Both the position numbers and the translations under genes were made by a program. Source: a virus. From it: a stretch of DNA of 47,457 bases. Positions within the stretch are counted from its first letter, which is position 1. The number at the start of each line of letters is the position of its first letter. The DNA lies in the IMG/VR virus record IMGVR_UViG_3300002460_000007; one strand, 5' to 3'. Shown one piece after another: positions 6,047 to 16,733 of the stretch. The notes beneath the pieces were generated by a model. That model was not told the origin of the DNA, did not search any database, and saw only the letters and a program-made list of their open reading frames with translations.

Positions 6047-7914
6047 TGACTATGAACCTACCAAAGCCCACGGCTGAGACCGTGCAAGAGCTTCACGACA
6101 AACTTATCACAGATTGGTCGCCCACTATCGCGGAAAATGAGGTTATTCGTGACCTTGTACACCGCCGAAACAAGATTGAAGTCTTGGAGGATGACCCTGA
6201 CCGCAATATCCAGCCCTTCGAGGTACATTCAGGACGCGCTGGGGGTATCATAGAGCATGCCGCCGGTCTTGTCATGGCAATGCCATCGTGGTCTATGGAA
6301 CCACTGACTCCAAAGACAGACGACAAGGCATTGGCTGAAGCAACCGAGCTTGTTGCTGCCAAGGTGTTTGAGCAGCAGCTTCTACGTACTGATTTTTGGC
6401 CGAGTATAGCCAAAGATGTACTAATCTATGGTCGTGCCTTCCTCAAGGCACTTCCACTCCCCTCAGTCTGGACAGCCCAAGCTGGCTATCCAGTCAGAAA
6501 GGCTCGGCAATCCCCAGAGGATTACCTAGAGGTTATTAAGAAGTGGAAGTCGTCTGAGGCCAAGTTCCCCTTCGTCATGCAACACATACCAACCATGAGT
6601 ATTCTGCCTCTTCTCGATGCAGAGGACAACACAATCGCCACTATTGAAGAGAAGAGGGTTGTCGCGGGTATCCTTGCCGACAAGAATGGAATGAACTCTT
6701 CTGATATTAAGGGTCTCATGGCCTCTGGTGCTCTTAAATGGTTTGATGAAGTAAGTGTTGTTGAGTACACGGACTACAATTATGTACAGTATTACCTAGT
6801 CAATACCTCTCCTGAGCAGGCACACGTTCAACTCCCCATCACCGCAACCCCAAAGGGTGACTACAAACTACTCAAATCGTGGCAGCATGGTCTAGGTAAA
6901 TGTCCCGTTGTCATGTTCCCAGGGATTAAAACGGAGATGCGGGATTACACAGATAGGTACAAAAGCTTTTTGGCCGACGCTCACGAGGCTTTAGAGGTTT
7001 ACGACCTACTCATCTCTCGTCTGGCAACTATGGTAGGAGCCTATTACCTACCCTCATATGAACTGAAGCTGCCTGAGTCTGGAGTAGCGCAGGGTGGAAA
7101 GACTCGCCCCAAGTTCCAAGTCAGGCTTGGGGGCGTTACAGCAACCTACTCAGACGAACTATTGCAAATGCTTCCATACCCACAGGGTCTCTTCGATGCT
7201 GAAAAGCTTATCACAGAGGTAGATGACCTTATTCAGCGCCATACCCTTGAGGATGTACTGTTCGGGCGTGTTCAGGGTTCGGCACCCGCGTTCCAAGTCA
7301 ACCTACGAATCAACGTCGCACGTTCCAAATTGACTCCCATCTCCCAGCACATGGCCCAAGGCATCACAAATGTTATGGACTTGTTCTTCCGTGGAGTTGA
7401 ACAGCTTGGTGAGAGTATTGTTGTAGACGGACATGAATGTACTGTGGCAATGGCTAAGGCTGCCCGTGGGCGCATGAACGCAAGTATTGAACCCAAGGGG
7501 CCGGTTGACCGTGCTCAGGACATTGGCACGGCCAATATGTTCCTCCAGTTCGGGATGCCGTGGGATTGGATTGTTGAGAATATCCTTGACGTGGAGAACC
7601 CAGCCATGCTGCGGATGGAGAAGCTAGTTGGTGAACTAGAGAAGCTGCCCCCTGTACAGGCCAAGATGATGCAAGAGGTGTTAGACGAATTCGACCTTCT
7701 TGAGAATGTTAATGAGTTTACAGACATGAGCGCTCTACAAAGTGCTCTACCACCTGAACTCCAAGACATGCTTGGCGGAATGATGGGCTTGGGCAATGGG
7801 CCATTCCCCACAGGCGGCGCTCCTCAATCAATACAGGGCGGGAGAGGGCTAACGACACAGAAGGAGCAACCAATGCCAGGGACTCCCCAAATAGGAACAG
7901 GACTGGTGCAGTAA
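6046..7914 (+). CDS. Portal protein candidate (track ORF 5974-7914 trimmed to ATG 6046)
   Basis: 622 aa, immediately downstream of terL. TAATG coupling at both ends. No motif verified. Confidence 0.7.
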   Translation: MTMNLPKPTAETVQELHDKLITDWSPTIAENEVIRDLVHRRNKIEVLEDDPDRNIQPFEVHSGRAGGIIEHAAGLVMAMPSWSMEPLTPKTDDKALAEATELVAAKVFEQQLLRTDFWPSIAKDVLIYGRAFLKALPLPSVWTAQAGYPVRKARQSPEDYLEVIKKWKSSEAKFPFVMQHIPTMSILPLLDAEDNTIATIEEKRVVAGILADKNGMNSSDIKGLMASGALKWFDEVSVVEYTDYNYVQYYLVNTSPEQAHVQLPITATPKGDYKLLKSWQHGLGKCPVVMFPGIKTEMRDYTDRYKSFLADAHEALEVYDLLISRLATMVGAYYLPSYELKLPESGVAQGGKTRPKFQVRLGGVTATYSDELLQMLPYPQGLFDAEKLITEVDDLIQRHTLEDVLFGRVQGSAPAFQVNLRINVARSKLTPISQHMAQGITNVMDLFFRGVEQLGESIVVDGHECTVAMAKAARGRMNASIEPKGPVDRAQDIGTANMFLQFGMPWDWIVENILDVENPAMLRMEKLVGELEKLPPVQAKMMQEVLDEFDLLENVNEFTDMSALQSALPPELQDMLGGMMGLGNGPFPTGGAPQSIQGGRGLTTQKEQPMPGTPQIGTGLVQ

Positions 7915-8204
7915 TGGACAAAGTAACAATGCTAGAAGAAGCCCCCAAGTTGGCTGCTGAACGTATCTACAAGCAGAAACAGGAGTTGCGGAAGGCAATG
8001 GGGGTCAAACCCTTTGGTGGTGAGGATATGACCGAGGATGAGGCATTCAATGAATACCTGGCCCTTCGTATAAACCCAGCAGCCTTTCAGAAGATGCTCC
8101 AAGATAACATGAAGATGGGCAGGGATGGTCGTTCGCTCATCAGGAAAGAAGTAGTTGAGGCTATCATAAAGATGGAGACAAAGATAAAGGAAGGACAGAG
8201 ATAA
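7914..8204 (+). CDS. Head-module hypothetical protein, 96 aa
   Basis: TAATG coupling at both ends. Confidence 0.6.
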   Translation: MDKVTMLEEAPKLAAERIYKQKQELRKAMGVKPFGGEDMTEDEAFNEYLALRINPAAFQKMLQDNMKMGRDGRSLIRKEVVEAIIKMETKIKEGQR

Positions 8205-8995
8205 TGGTATTAACTCCTGACCTATTTCTGGCCCAACAGGGTCTTGATATATGGGGAAAGCCTAAGACTGGAACAACAACACCTACTGGTGGTATTCCGC
8301 CAGAGTTGATGGCGTTATTTCAGTCATTCCTACAGGGGCAAGCGAGTGGTGGAGGCGGTGGAGGCGCTGCCCCAACTCCTTACACTCAAACTCAAGCAGG
8401 AGCACAATTTGCTGCAGGAGAACAGCTAAAGCAAATCCAGCTACAGGGAGCCGAACAGCTAAAGCAAATCCAGCTTCAGCAGAAACTCCAGTTCGACGCC
8501 GATTATGCCCTCGCTCAACTACAAGGTGCAAATGCTAAAGAACTTGAGCAGATGAGACAGGCATTTGCGGAGAAGCAGAAGTTGCAGGAGTTGGAATTTG
8601 GGCGACAACAGATGTTTGCTCAAATGCTAGGTACTGACCCTGTGCGTGCAGTCCTTCTTGCAACGGGCATGGGAGGACAAGCTCTAGGTGGAGTTGGTGG
8701 TGAGTTCAAGGCCCTACCAGCTATGCAGGGTGCTCAACAGTTTGAGCAGAGTACAGAGCAGGCATTGAGGGGGATAACAGGCGGAAATATTGACATTACG
8801 GGACAGGGTGTCCTAGGACTGCCCAGTGTTTACCAGACTGCTCGACAAGCCCAGCAGGGCGGAGATGCAGTGACCACACTCCTTCGTTCAGCTTTCGGGG
8901 TAGGCAACGAGGCACTAGGTGGTGGAGTTAGTGCTGAAGAGTTTGGCAAGAGAATACAGTCCGTCACTCCGACAGGTGTGTTTGGTGGTCGTTAG
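8204..8995 (+). CDS. Gly/Gln-rich head-module protein with an internal 33-nt duplication
   Basis: GEQLKQIQLQ occurs twice (8420-8479). The sequence is low complexity. Confidence 0.6.
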   Translation: MVLTPDLFLAQQGLDIWGKPKTGTTTPTGGIPPELMALFQSFLQGQASGGGGGGAAPTPYTQTQAGAQFAAGEQLKQIQLQGAEQLKQIQLQQKLQFDADYALAQLQGANAKELEQMRQAFAEKQKLQELEFGRQQMFAQMLGTDPVRAVLLATGMGGQALGGVGGEFKALPAMQGAQQFEQSTEQALRGITGGNIDITGQGVLGLPSVYQTARQAQQGGDAVTTLLRSAFGVGNEALGGGVSAEEFGKRIQSVTPTGVFGGR

Positions 8996-9003
8996 ACAAT
9001 TTC

Positions 9004-9039
9004 GGGGGCCGTCGAGCTTTCTCTCCGGCTCCGGCCCCC
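9004..9039 (+). other. GC-rich stem-loop: GGGGGCCG...CGGCCCCC
   Basis: Perfect 8-bp outer stem plus a gagc/gctc inner stem. No U tract. It ends 10 nt before ATG 9050. Confidence 0.6.
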
Positions 9040-9049
9040 ACTTCCCATA

Positions 9050-12000
9050 ATGTTACCTGGTTTCGCATCCAAGAAGAAACGAGCAAAGCAGCTTCAGACT
9101 GAGGCTGCCATGCGTACATTTAGGCAGGTTGAGCAACAGACTCAGCCCCGCCGTCTTGTTCCCTTTTCCACCCGCACTGCTGCTGGAACTCCCTTTGACC
9201 TTTCATTTCAGCGAGAAGACCCTGACTATGCCCGTGAGGGGATAGAGAGACTCAAGAAACTGCGGGAACACGCTACACTATCAGTACAAGGAAAAGTACC
9301 ACCAGACCTAGAGACTCCTGAACAACGCACTCAGCACTTTATCCTCAACTATGCGGGCATCCGTGCCCGACAGGGATTGGACTTTGATAGTGCTATTGAT
9401 GAGGCAGTACAAAACGCTGTAGCCCACGGTATACCTGAAAAGTATGCTAGGGATGAAGCTGAAAGGAATAGAGGATTCTGGAGTAAGCTTGGCGGTGCTC
9501 TTCTCAAAGAGGGAGACTTCATTGCCGATGTAGCAATTAGGGACACTGTGCACGATATTGAGAGTGCTTTCAATAGGACTCGTCGCTTCAAGGGTGTCCT
9601 ACCACTCCTAAAAGGTGAGGAGCCCTTTATGACAGAGAGGGAGGCTGAGGAGCACTTTGGCCCTTCTCTGGATATAAGCAGAGAATTGCAGGCTCGCCTT
9701 GATGCTGCTGATGAGGCTAAAGTTCTTTCTCGCCCAGTGGTTCTAGGAGCACAAGAGGCGTTAGCCCGAACTCTGGAGGGACGAGGGGGTAGGGAGAATG
9801 TCTTATCACGCGCAGTACGAAGCCGTGCAGTCACAGAAGTTGGGGCTGAGTTACTTAATCCGATTTATCTTGTATCCGCTTTGCCTTTCCTAAGTCTACG
9901 ACCAGGAGTTTCCGGTGCTAGAGCAACAGCGGATGTAATATCACAACTTGTTGCTACTGGATTAGAGCCTGGTGCAGCCGTTGGCTTCTACAAAGGTTTC
10001 CGCGCTATTGGCAAAGGCACTCTTCGGGCAACGCTTCGTGGTCTTGCTAAGGGCACTGTTCAAACCCTTGAGAAAGAACGAGGCACGCGACTAGCTGCGG
10101 GAATCTTAGGGGAAGCTGACCCGAAAGCACAGGGATTGGCCTTCTCTCGATGGGTTATGAACGAGGATGACCCGTATGAGGCTGGAGTCAAGTGGGCCAG
10201 AGCCACCAACTCAGGCGTGGAAACTGCCGTTACCAATGTCGAAGACCTTGCTGCGCGTCAACGCACTCTGACAGACCTTATTCAAGAGAAGGAAATCAAC
10301 CCCCTCACTGGCCGTCCTACTCAGGAACCTCCTACTATTAAGTCTCCCATGAGAGTACAGATTGAGGACGAGATAAAGGCAGGTAAAACTGCCGAGGAGC
10401 TTCTGGACGAAACGACAGCACGTATTGCTGAGAGTCCTAGGCTTGCTGGTGAAGAGGTCGGAGATGTCTCTGATTCACTTTCTAAAGCTGGAATTCCTGA
10501 AGATGTAGCTAGGCTTCTCACTGACCCTGAGAATCTTTATCCCAAGGGAACACAAGTCTCAATCACTAAAGGCCCACTTAGTGGACAAACTGGTAAAATC
10601 ACTAGCTACACCAAGGTCACAAACTCTTACAAGATTCGAGTAGGTAAGAAGACAACTGACCTTCAGGCTAAGTTCTTCGATGCTATTGAGGATATAGAAC
10701 AACAAGCTGGTAAGATTACCTCTGAGGTGGACGATATTGGTGTTCACACTAACATCAGTTCTATCCTTGATGAATCTGACAATGCTGCCCGTGCCCAACG
10801 CTCTGCCGACCTAGGTGCCGACGAAGTTACAGGAGAGCCTGTCCGCCCATCGTCTGACCCCGCGATTCCTCATCCTGACAAGATTCCCGATAAGGTGATG
10901 ACTAAAGAGGCGCGGGAAGCGATGTACCGTGTCATTGATAAGATACGCCGCACTCAATCGTGGACAGCCGTTGTCCAGAGCGCGATGGAACACGAGATGC
11001 GGGCGCTAGATGTAGATTTGGAAACAGGACTAATCCGAACTGCCACCCCAAAGGATGGAGTATCTAGCACACACTGGGCCGAAGTCTTGTCTGACCCCGA
11101 CAAGTATGATTTTGTTGGGGCTGAGGCTTCGGACATTGAAAAAGCTATACGGAGCTACAACCTATTCACCTTTCAATCCGTCGAGGACGGAGTAAGGGCT
11201 GGTATATTTGATGATGCCTTCTTAAATTTCATCAAACCTGATGGCAAGCGATACGTCCACCGCGTGGCTATCTCTATCGAACAGGATGGGGAAGTCATCG
11301 AGCTTCGCCGTTCCTCTCGTCATGGCCCTCTTGGGCAGAAACAGTCTCACCAAATGCCTCGCACAAGGGAGACTATCGACGAGGCAGGGAGACCGGAAGT
11401 TGTCTATCTAAATAATCCATCTGCGGCCCTAGCAGAATTCATTGAAGAGGTAAACTATCGAATAGCTGTCAAGGAACTAGCCAACGACCTAGAGAAGTAC
11501 GCGGTCACTCCCCACGCACAGCAAGCAACCCGTGTGGCTTATGATGAGGCACGAGAGAAGGCACAGAGTCTCTCCACACAGTTAGAGGACTTGACCCGAA
11601 CTCGTCTGGTTATGCTTGATGAGGAACGTTTAGCTGAGGCAGCGGGTGAGGTAAAGAATGCTGAACGTCTGCGAAGCAATCTTACAGCTATTGAACTAGA
11701 CCTTGACCAAACCAACAAGGAGCTAAAGACTGCCCGCTCTCAGGCCAAGCGACTGCAAAAGACAGTTGCTTACGAGAAAAAGACTTTCCGTTCTATCAAC
11801 ATAGAGCTACAAGGAATCCGTGAGCCGTTTGCTGGAGGCAAGCTCTACCCTAAGTCTGTAGCAGATACAGTTGAACGAACTCTCCGCCTAAACCACCGTG
11901 GTATTGTCTATGGCACAGCTGTCAAGGGCCTTGAGCTTCTGCGGGAAGTCAACAAAGTATTCAAGCCTGTCTGGGCTAGCGCGGACATGTCATTCATCGG

Positions 12001-14080
12001 GCTACAGACCTTGCCCTCTCTTGCTGTCAATCCTGTTGCTTTCGCAGATATGATGAAAGTCACATTCTCCAGTGCAGTCGATGGAGACGTGTACAATGCT
12101 TGGGTTCACTCGCACTTACCTCTTCTACAGGATATGATTGACGATGGTGTTCCCATGTTGGGCACCGAACTCAGCGCAACAGACCTACTAAACCGTATCG
12201 AGAAGACTGCCGGAAAATGGAGCACTAAGTACACCCCACTGTGGTTTATGAAGGGTGGAAACCATATGTGGAATAGGGCGGTGAACATGATTGGTGCTTC
12301 TCTATATGAGCAGAATCGTGCTCTTATGGAAGAGGTTGGTCACAGCAACTATCTACATCTTGCCCAGAAAGCATTTGGCCCCAATATCGTTGGCAAGGAC
12401 ATAACCTCTGCCAGACGTGCTTTGGCCGATGTTGTGTCGCACGGTACTGGACGACTCTCGGCCAATGACCTCATGCACCGTGGCCCAGGAATGAGGCTTC
12501 TATCTGACTCTATTCTATTCGCCGGACAATACTTTGAGTCGTACTTACGGCTCATTATGGACGCACGGCGATTAGGAATTCGTGGCAATCTTGGGCGTCG
12601 TCTCCTAGCAGGATGGGCAACTACAGCTATTGGTGGTTATGTTGCTCTATCTTATATACTAGGACAGGAACCAAAACTAGACCCCACGAAGTATGGCTCC
12701 CAGATTCTTACTGTGCGTTTGGGAAATCAGAACGTGGGATTTGGTGGTGTATTGCAGCAGCTTATGCTCTATGGGGGCAGACTGTCAGAAGCAAAAAGTC
12801 CTCAAGATGTTTTTGATATTACTGAGAGGTTCGTCCGCAGCAAGCAATCTCCGGCCCTATCCTTTGCCTCAGACCTATTCATCAATCGTGCGGATTACAT
12901 AGGGCGCAAGCTTGACACTCGTAATTCCATCCTTGCATATTTAGCCAGTCGTTTTGTCCCCTTTGTGGGCCAAGATATGCTTCGGGAAACGCTAGCAAGG
13001 GGACTATCTGGAGATTGGAGACTCCCAGAGGAATTGAATCCTACCAATGTAATAGGGACACTTCTCGGAGGTCGGTCGTTCCCTGTCTCCAAGAAGACCC
13101 TCCGTAATGAAATCGGAGTGGAAGAGTATCGTCTAAATAATCCACAATCCAAGGAGACTGACGAGTATATTGTAGACAACTACATAAATCCCCAAGTCTT
13201 CATGAGTGACCCTGAGAACTATCCGCGTACTATGAAGGCACAAGAAGAGGTAGATGCGTGGCAGCGAGAGACTGGTTCAAAGTGGCAGGAATATTCTGAT
13301 AAGCGACAGAGTTATAATGATAATCAATTCCAGAAGGATATTGAAGATGGGGCTAAGGAAATTCAATGGGGTCGCGCTGGCGGAGGGGTAACATTTCGAG
13401 AGGATGTACTGCCAGAAGCCTATGCTGGAAAGAACTCATATAACGACCAGACACTTCTAGACCTTGGGCTCAATCCAGATGACTTGCCCGAAGTACAGGG
13501 GAACGACATCAAACTTCTGCGAGACTATCATGCACTGAATTATGATAGTTATAAGGCAGCGGATGGAATTACTCCCGACCCAGAGGGGTACAAAGCTGCT
13601 CAACAGAGTATCCTGAACCAGATGTCCCCTGCTATGAGAGGCTTCATTGAGTCTGGCAAGGATGGTAGGATTACGTCAAGGAAGGGTAAAGACGCAAATA
13701 CTCGCCTAATTTCTACTCGTACTGACCTTCGACGGTGGTTTGATGCTCCGAAATATAAGGGACTCACTGGAGACGAAAGTAAACAGGTTGACCAACTCCT
13801 TGAGTGGGCCTCTACTCTACACGACATGGCAACTCTATCCGGTGTATCCATCGACCGCCGAAAGATTATAGCAATGATGGGGTCTATTCCTCAATATTCT
13901 AAGCTTGCTGCTGTCGCCTTCTTCGCTACCTTCGAGGGTCTGAAGAGTATGGTTCTCAGCGATGAGCAGGAAAAGATAACGATGTCCAACGGGGATTTGG
14001 CAGTTTTCTACCCATTCACCTACGAAGATTTATCTGACGAACTCAAGGTAGACTGGGCAAAACTGTATGGAATGAGATAA
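9050..14080 (+). CDS. Giant virion-associated protein, 1,676 aa (polyvalent or internal-protein type)
   Basis: Uninterrupted ORF between the portal and scaffold genes. KOW/SH3-like GTQVSITKGPLSGQTGKITSY, long coiled coil and hydrophobic segments. No recognisable SD. Confidence 0.6.
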   Translation: MLPGFASKKKRAKQLQTEAAMRTFRQVEQQTQPRRLVPFSTRTAAGTPFDLSFQREDPDYAREGIERLKKLREHATLSVQGKVPPDLETPEQRTQHFILNYAGIRARQGLDFDSAIDEAVQNAVAHGIPEKYARDEAERNRGFWSKLGGALLKEGDFIADVAIRDTVHDIESAFNRTRRFKGVLPLLKGEEPFMTEREAEEHFGPSLDISRELQARLDAADEAKVLSRPVVLGAQEALARTLEGRGGRENVLSRAVRSRAVTEVGAELLNPIYLVSALPFLSLRPGVSGARATADVISQLVATGLEPGAAVGFYKGFRAIGKGTLRATLRGLAKGTVQTLEKERGTRLAAGILGEADPKAQGLAFSRWVMNEDDPYEAGVKWARATNSGVETAVTNVEDLAARQRTLTDLIQEKEINPLTGRPTQEPPTIKSPMRVQIEDEIKAGKTAEELLDETTARIAESPRLAGEEVGDVSDSLSKAGIPEDVARLLTDPENLYPKGTQVSITKGPLSGQTGKITSYTKVTNSYKIRVGKKTTDLQAKFFDAIEDIEQQAGKITSEVDDIGVHTNISSILDESDNAARAQRSADLGADEVTGEPVRPSSDPAIPHPDKIPDKVMTKEAREAMYRVIDKIRRTQSWTAVVQSAMEHEMRALDVDLETGLIRTATPKDGVSSTHWAEVLSDPDKYDFVGAEASDIEKAIRSYNLFTFQSVEDGVRAGIFDDAFLNFIKPDGKRYVHRVAISIEQDGEVIELRRSSRHGPLGQKQSHQMPRTRETIDEAGRPEVVYLNNPSAALAEFIEEVNYRIAVKELANDLEKYAVTPHAQQATRVAYDEAREKAQSLSTQLEDLTRTRLVMLDEERLAEAAGEVKNAERLRSNLTAIELDLDQTNKELKTARSQAKRLQKTVAYEKKTFRSINIELQGIREPFAGGKLYPKSVADTVERTLRLNHRGIVYGTAVKGLELLREVNKVFKPVWASADMSFIGLQTLPSLAVNPVAFADMMKVTFSSAVDGDVYNAWVHSHLPLLQDMIDDGVPMLGTELSATDLLNRIEKTAGKWSTKYTPLWFMKGGNHMWNRAVNMIGASLYEQNRALMEEVGHSNYLHLAQKAFGPNIVGKDITSARRALADVVSHGTGRLSANDLMHRGPGMRLLSDSILFAGQYFESYLRLIMDARRLGIRGNLGRRLLAGWATTAIGGYVALSYILGQEPKLDPTKYGSQILTVRLGNQNVGFGGVLQQLMLYGGRLSEAKSPQDVFDITERFVRSKQSPALSFASDLFINRADYIGRKLDTRNSILAYLASRFVPFVGQDMLRETLARGLSGDWRLPEELNPTNVIGTLLGGRSFPVSKKTLRNEIGVEEYRLNNPQSKETDEYIVDNYINPQVFMSDPENYPRTMKAQEEVDAWQRETGSKWQEYSDKRQSYNDNQFQKDIEDGAKEIQWGRAGGGVTFREDVLPEAYAGKNSYNDQTLLDLGLNPDDLPEVQGNDIKLLRDYHALNYDSYKAADGITPDPEGYKAAQQSILNQMSPAMRGFIESGKDGRITSRKGKDANTRLISTRTDLRRWFDAPKYKGLTGDESKQVDQLLEWASTLHDMATLSGVSIDRRKIIAMMGSIPQYSKLAAVAFFATFEGLKSMVLSDEQEKITMSNGDLAVFYPFTYEDLSDELKVDWAKLYGMR

Positions 14081-14093
14081 TTCTGTGCAGGAC

Positions 14094-14122
14094 TTGACAA
14101 ACTTGCCTAAGTGTGTTATAAT
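14094..14122 (+). promoter_or_regulatory. Consensus promoter: ggacTTGACA-17-tgtTATAAT
   Basis: Perfect hexamers and extended -10. Confidence 0.8.
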
Positions 14123-14165
14123 GAAGATTAGGTAAGAATGATTAGTTTCAAGACAGGAGGTTTCC

Positions 14166-14906
14166 ATGCTGGACGAGGATACGACTTCCACCGAGGAGTC
14201 TACCGACCAGACGAAAGAGACAACCGACGAGACTACATCCGATGCGACGGATAAGACCGTAACATTGACCGATGAGCAGATTGCTTCTTTGGTTAAGGAT
14301 GAACGGCTCGCAAAAATAATTCAGTCCGAGGCCGACAAGAGGGCTGCGACTATCGAGAAGCGTATGCGAGTGGAGCAGAGCCAAAGGCTTGCTGCTTCCA
14401 AAGCACAGCGCGAACAGGATGAGTTGCTGTCCTTAGTTGACGATGAGGACTATGAGGGTTTAGGTAAGCGCACTGCCCAGACTCTCCAAAGTACAAGGAG
14501 TATGCAGGATGCAGCAGTGCAGTTCTCAGGTGCGCTAGAGGGTATTCTAAAGGAACACCCTGAATTCCGTGGGTTAGGACAAGACAGGATTGATGAGGTT
14601 TACCAAGATGTCATTGATAAGCAAGGCAACGTGGTAGATTTCATGATTGGTCTATCTAAGGCACGGGAATCACAGGCGATAGAGGTGTCCATCGCCACGG
14701 CTCAAAAAGCTTTTGCTGCAGAATTGGATGCCAAACTAACAGAATATGGACTCTCTCGCAGAGACAAAGAGGGCGGGCCTGACGAAAATGTGTCAGGAGC
14801 CACAGGTAATGTGGCAACGGCTGACGAGGATGCACTCCTCGAAAACCCGAACACACCAACCAAAGTCCTCAAGGAAATTCTTGCCAAGCGGGGGATACAA
14901 ACTTAA
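14166..14906 (+). CDS. Scaffolding protein candidate
   Basis: Acidic N-terminus and helical, charged composition. It lies directly upstream of the capsid candidate. SD aggagg. Confidence 0.55.
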   Translation: MLDEDTTSTEESTDQTKETTDETTSDATDKTVTLTDEQIASLVKDERLAKIIQSEADKRAATIEKRMRVEQSQRLAASKAQREQDELLSLVDDEDYEGLGKRTAQTLQSTRSMQDAAVQFSGALEGILKEHPEFRGLGQDRIDEVYQDVIDKQGNVVDFMIGLSKARESQAIEVSIATAQKAFAAELDAKLTEYGLSRRDKEGGPDENVSGATGNVATADEDALLENPNTPTKVLKEILAKRGIQT

Positions 14907-14921
14907 TAAAGGAAAATAGAA

Positions 14922-15800
14922 ATGGCATCAGGAGAAACCAATACTGGTTCTCTAGGCGATAGTCTACCTACGATGGTTGCCTCGGCCCGTATCGTGCGAG
15001 AGTACGAGGGCACGGTGCAGCGGCTCGTAGAGAACCAGACTCTCGGAGAAGGGACTGGGTTGTCCTGGCGTGAGGTTAGTTTCGCTGCTCTGGCAAGTCA
15101 GAATATCACTGAAACGACACAGTTGGATAACCCTCAGCAGCTTTCGGACGCTCTCATCTCCGTCACCCCGTCCGTTATCGGAATTCACACAGTCGTTACC
15201 GACCGAGTGAAGGCTCGCATCGCCAAGAACGCTCTTGCGAAGATTGGTGGGCTGGCTCAGAACGCGGTTGAGAGGAAGAAGGCACAGGACGGGCACACAA
15301 TGCTCGACGGTGCTACGACCTCTCTCCCTGGTACTGGTAACACTCTCACTTCTGGCCACATTGCGGCTGCGGCCTCCCGTGCCCGCCTTGGCGGAACAGC
15401 AGAACCCTCCAACCCCCCACACTACGCTGTCCTTCACCCCTATCAGATTAAAGACCTGTTCGATGTGGTGACGGCTGGTGTTGGTACATACAACATCCCC
15501 GAAGGTGAAACCGCCCGTGTCTTCAAGGAAGGCTTTAGAGGTTCCATCTCCGGTGTTCAGATTTTCGAGGACAACCTTCTGGCAGCGGACGCAACTCCAG
15601 ATGTCAAGGGTGGTGTCTTCGCCAAGGAAGCGATTATTCTCGTGCAGGGTCGCTCTCCTCGGATGGTTAACCTGCGTAACGAAAAGCTCGGCGGTGGTGC
15701 CGACGAAGTCATCCTCTACGATGAGTACGCCTATGGCGAACGTTCAGTTGGCAACTGGCTGTACGAAATCATGAGTGATGCTACCGCACCCACGTCGTAA
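14922..15800 (+). CDS. Major capsid protein candidate
   Basis: 292 aa after the scaffold-like gene and under a strong promoter. The fold is not verifiable by eye. Confidence 0.55.
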   Translation: MASGETNTGSLGDSLPTMVASARIVREYEGTVQRLVENQTLGEGTGLSWREVSFAALASQNITETTQLDNPQQLSDALISVTPSVIGIHTVVTDRVKARIAKNALAKIGGLAQNAVERKKAQDGHTMLDGATTSLPGTGNTLTSGHIAAAASRARLGGTAEPSNPPHYAVLHPYQIKDLFDVVTAGVGTYNIPEGETARVFKEGFRGSISGVQIFEDNLLAADATPDVKGGVFAKEAIILVQGRSPRMVNLRNEKLGGGADEVILYDEYAYGERSVGNWLYEIMSDATAPTS

Positions 15801-15840
15801 CCCAATCACCTCAGGACGAGGTAGAAAGGACAACTAAATA

Positions 15841-16641
15841 ATGGCCATTCAGGACGAATTTGGCCGAATAGGATTTTTCGAGGACTTTGGTGGTTATAAT
15901 GCCACCGCCTCAATTGCAGACGCAACAGCGGGCACACGGTATAACCAAATCTCTTTGGTTGCCGTGAGCGGTGCTGTTGACTTCATCAACACAGTAGACG
16001 AGTCCGGTGGTGTTGCTTCCTTCAGTGGCGCTGCCGGAGCCGGTGACGGTATTGCTATGTTCGGTGCGCCGATGCAGCCCTCCACCAACGGTACTATTAG
16101 TATGGGTGCGCGGTTCAAGGGTGCCTCAGCGACAGACCTGCGTGTATTCGTGGGTTGGGCCGAGACGGTTGCCTTGGCCGAGCCCATTAACCCGTTCACT
16201 CTGAGTGGCTCGACTCTGACTTCAAACGATGCTGGTAACGCGGTTGGTTTCTACGCTGACACGGGTGCCACCACGGATGACTTCAGATTCCACTACTCAC
16301 TGGACGGGGCAGAGGCCACGACCGCTGCCCTCGATTTTGCTCGTGAGGGCTCGACCACGCTTGGTGCCTTGGGTATCCGCGCTGGTTGCACTATCACTGC
16401 AGATTCGTGGTACGTCGCTAAGGTCGAGATTGCTCCTAGCGGTAAGTGCTCTGGCTACTTCGGTGGGCCTGGGATGGGGAACCAGCTTGGGTTGACCCCT
16501 GTTGCCGAACTTAGGGCAGGTACTTTCGACCAGACGGCGCTAGTTTACCCCGTGCTGTATCTCCTGGCGGAATCTACAGGTGACCCTCTTCTGGAGTGTG
16601 ACTACTTCTGGGCACGGGGCTTCCGTGAGTGGACTACGTAA
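15841..16641 (+). CDS. Beta-rich virion protein (decoration or second capsid protein candidate)
   Basis: 266 aa, Gly/Ala/Thr-rich, followed by strong stem-loops. Confidence 0.45.
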   Translation: MAIQDEFGRIGFFEDFGGYNATASIADATAGTRYNQISLVAVSGAVDFINTVDESGGVASFSGAAGAGDGIAMFGAPMQPSTNGTISMGARFKGASATDLRVFVGWAETVALAEPINPFTLSGSTLTSNDAGNAVGFYADTGATTDDFRFHYSLDGAEATTAALDFAREGSTTLGALGIRAGCTITADSWYVAKVEIAPSGKCSGYFGGPGMGNQLGLTPVAELRAGTFDQTALVYPVLYLLAESTGDPLLECDYFWARGFREWTT

Positions 16642-16662
16642 CAATTGAATAGCAAGGCTTAC

Positions 16663-16691
16663 GAGGGGTGAGCCTAGTGAAATCACCCCTC
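16663..16691 (+). other. Stem-loop GAGGGGTGA...TCACCCCTC after the capsid genes
   Basis: Perfect 9-bp stem with no U tract. A second small hairpin gcagc-ctta-gctgc lies at 16703-16716. Confidence 0.55.
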
Positions 16692-16733
16692 ACCTATCAA
16701 GTGCAGCCTTAGCTGCTAGGAAAGGAAAACGAA

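Noticed and set aside
8420-8479. 33-nt direct duplication as a regulatory repeat or iteron
   Set aside because: It is in frame within a low-complexity Gln-rich protein (GEQLKQIQLQ twice). This is coding duplication.
9050-14080. Giant ORF as a tape-measure protein
   Set aside because: It lies between the portal and scaffold genes, upstream of the capsid genes. No tail tube, sheath or chaperone-frameshift genes accompany it.
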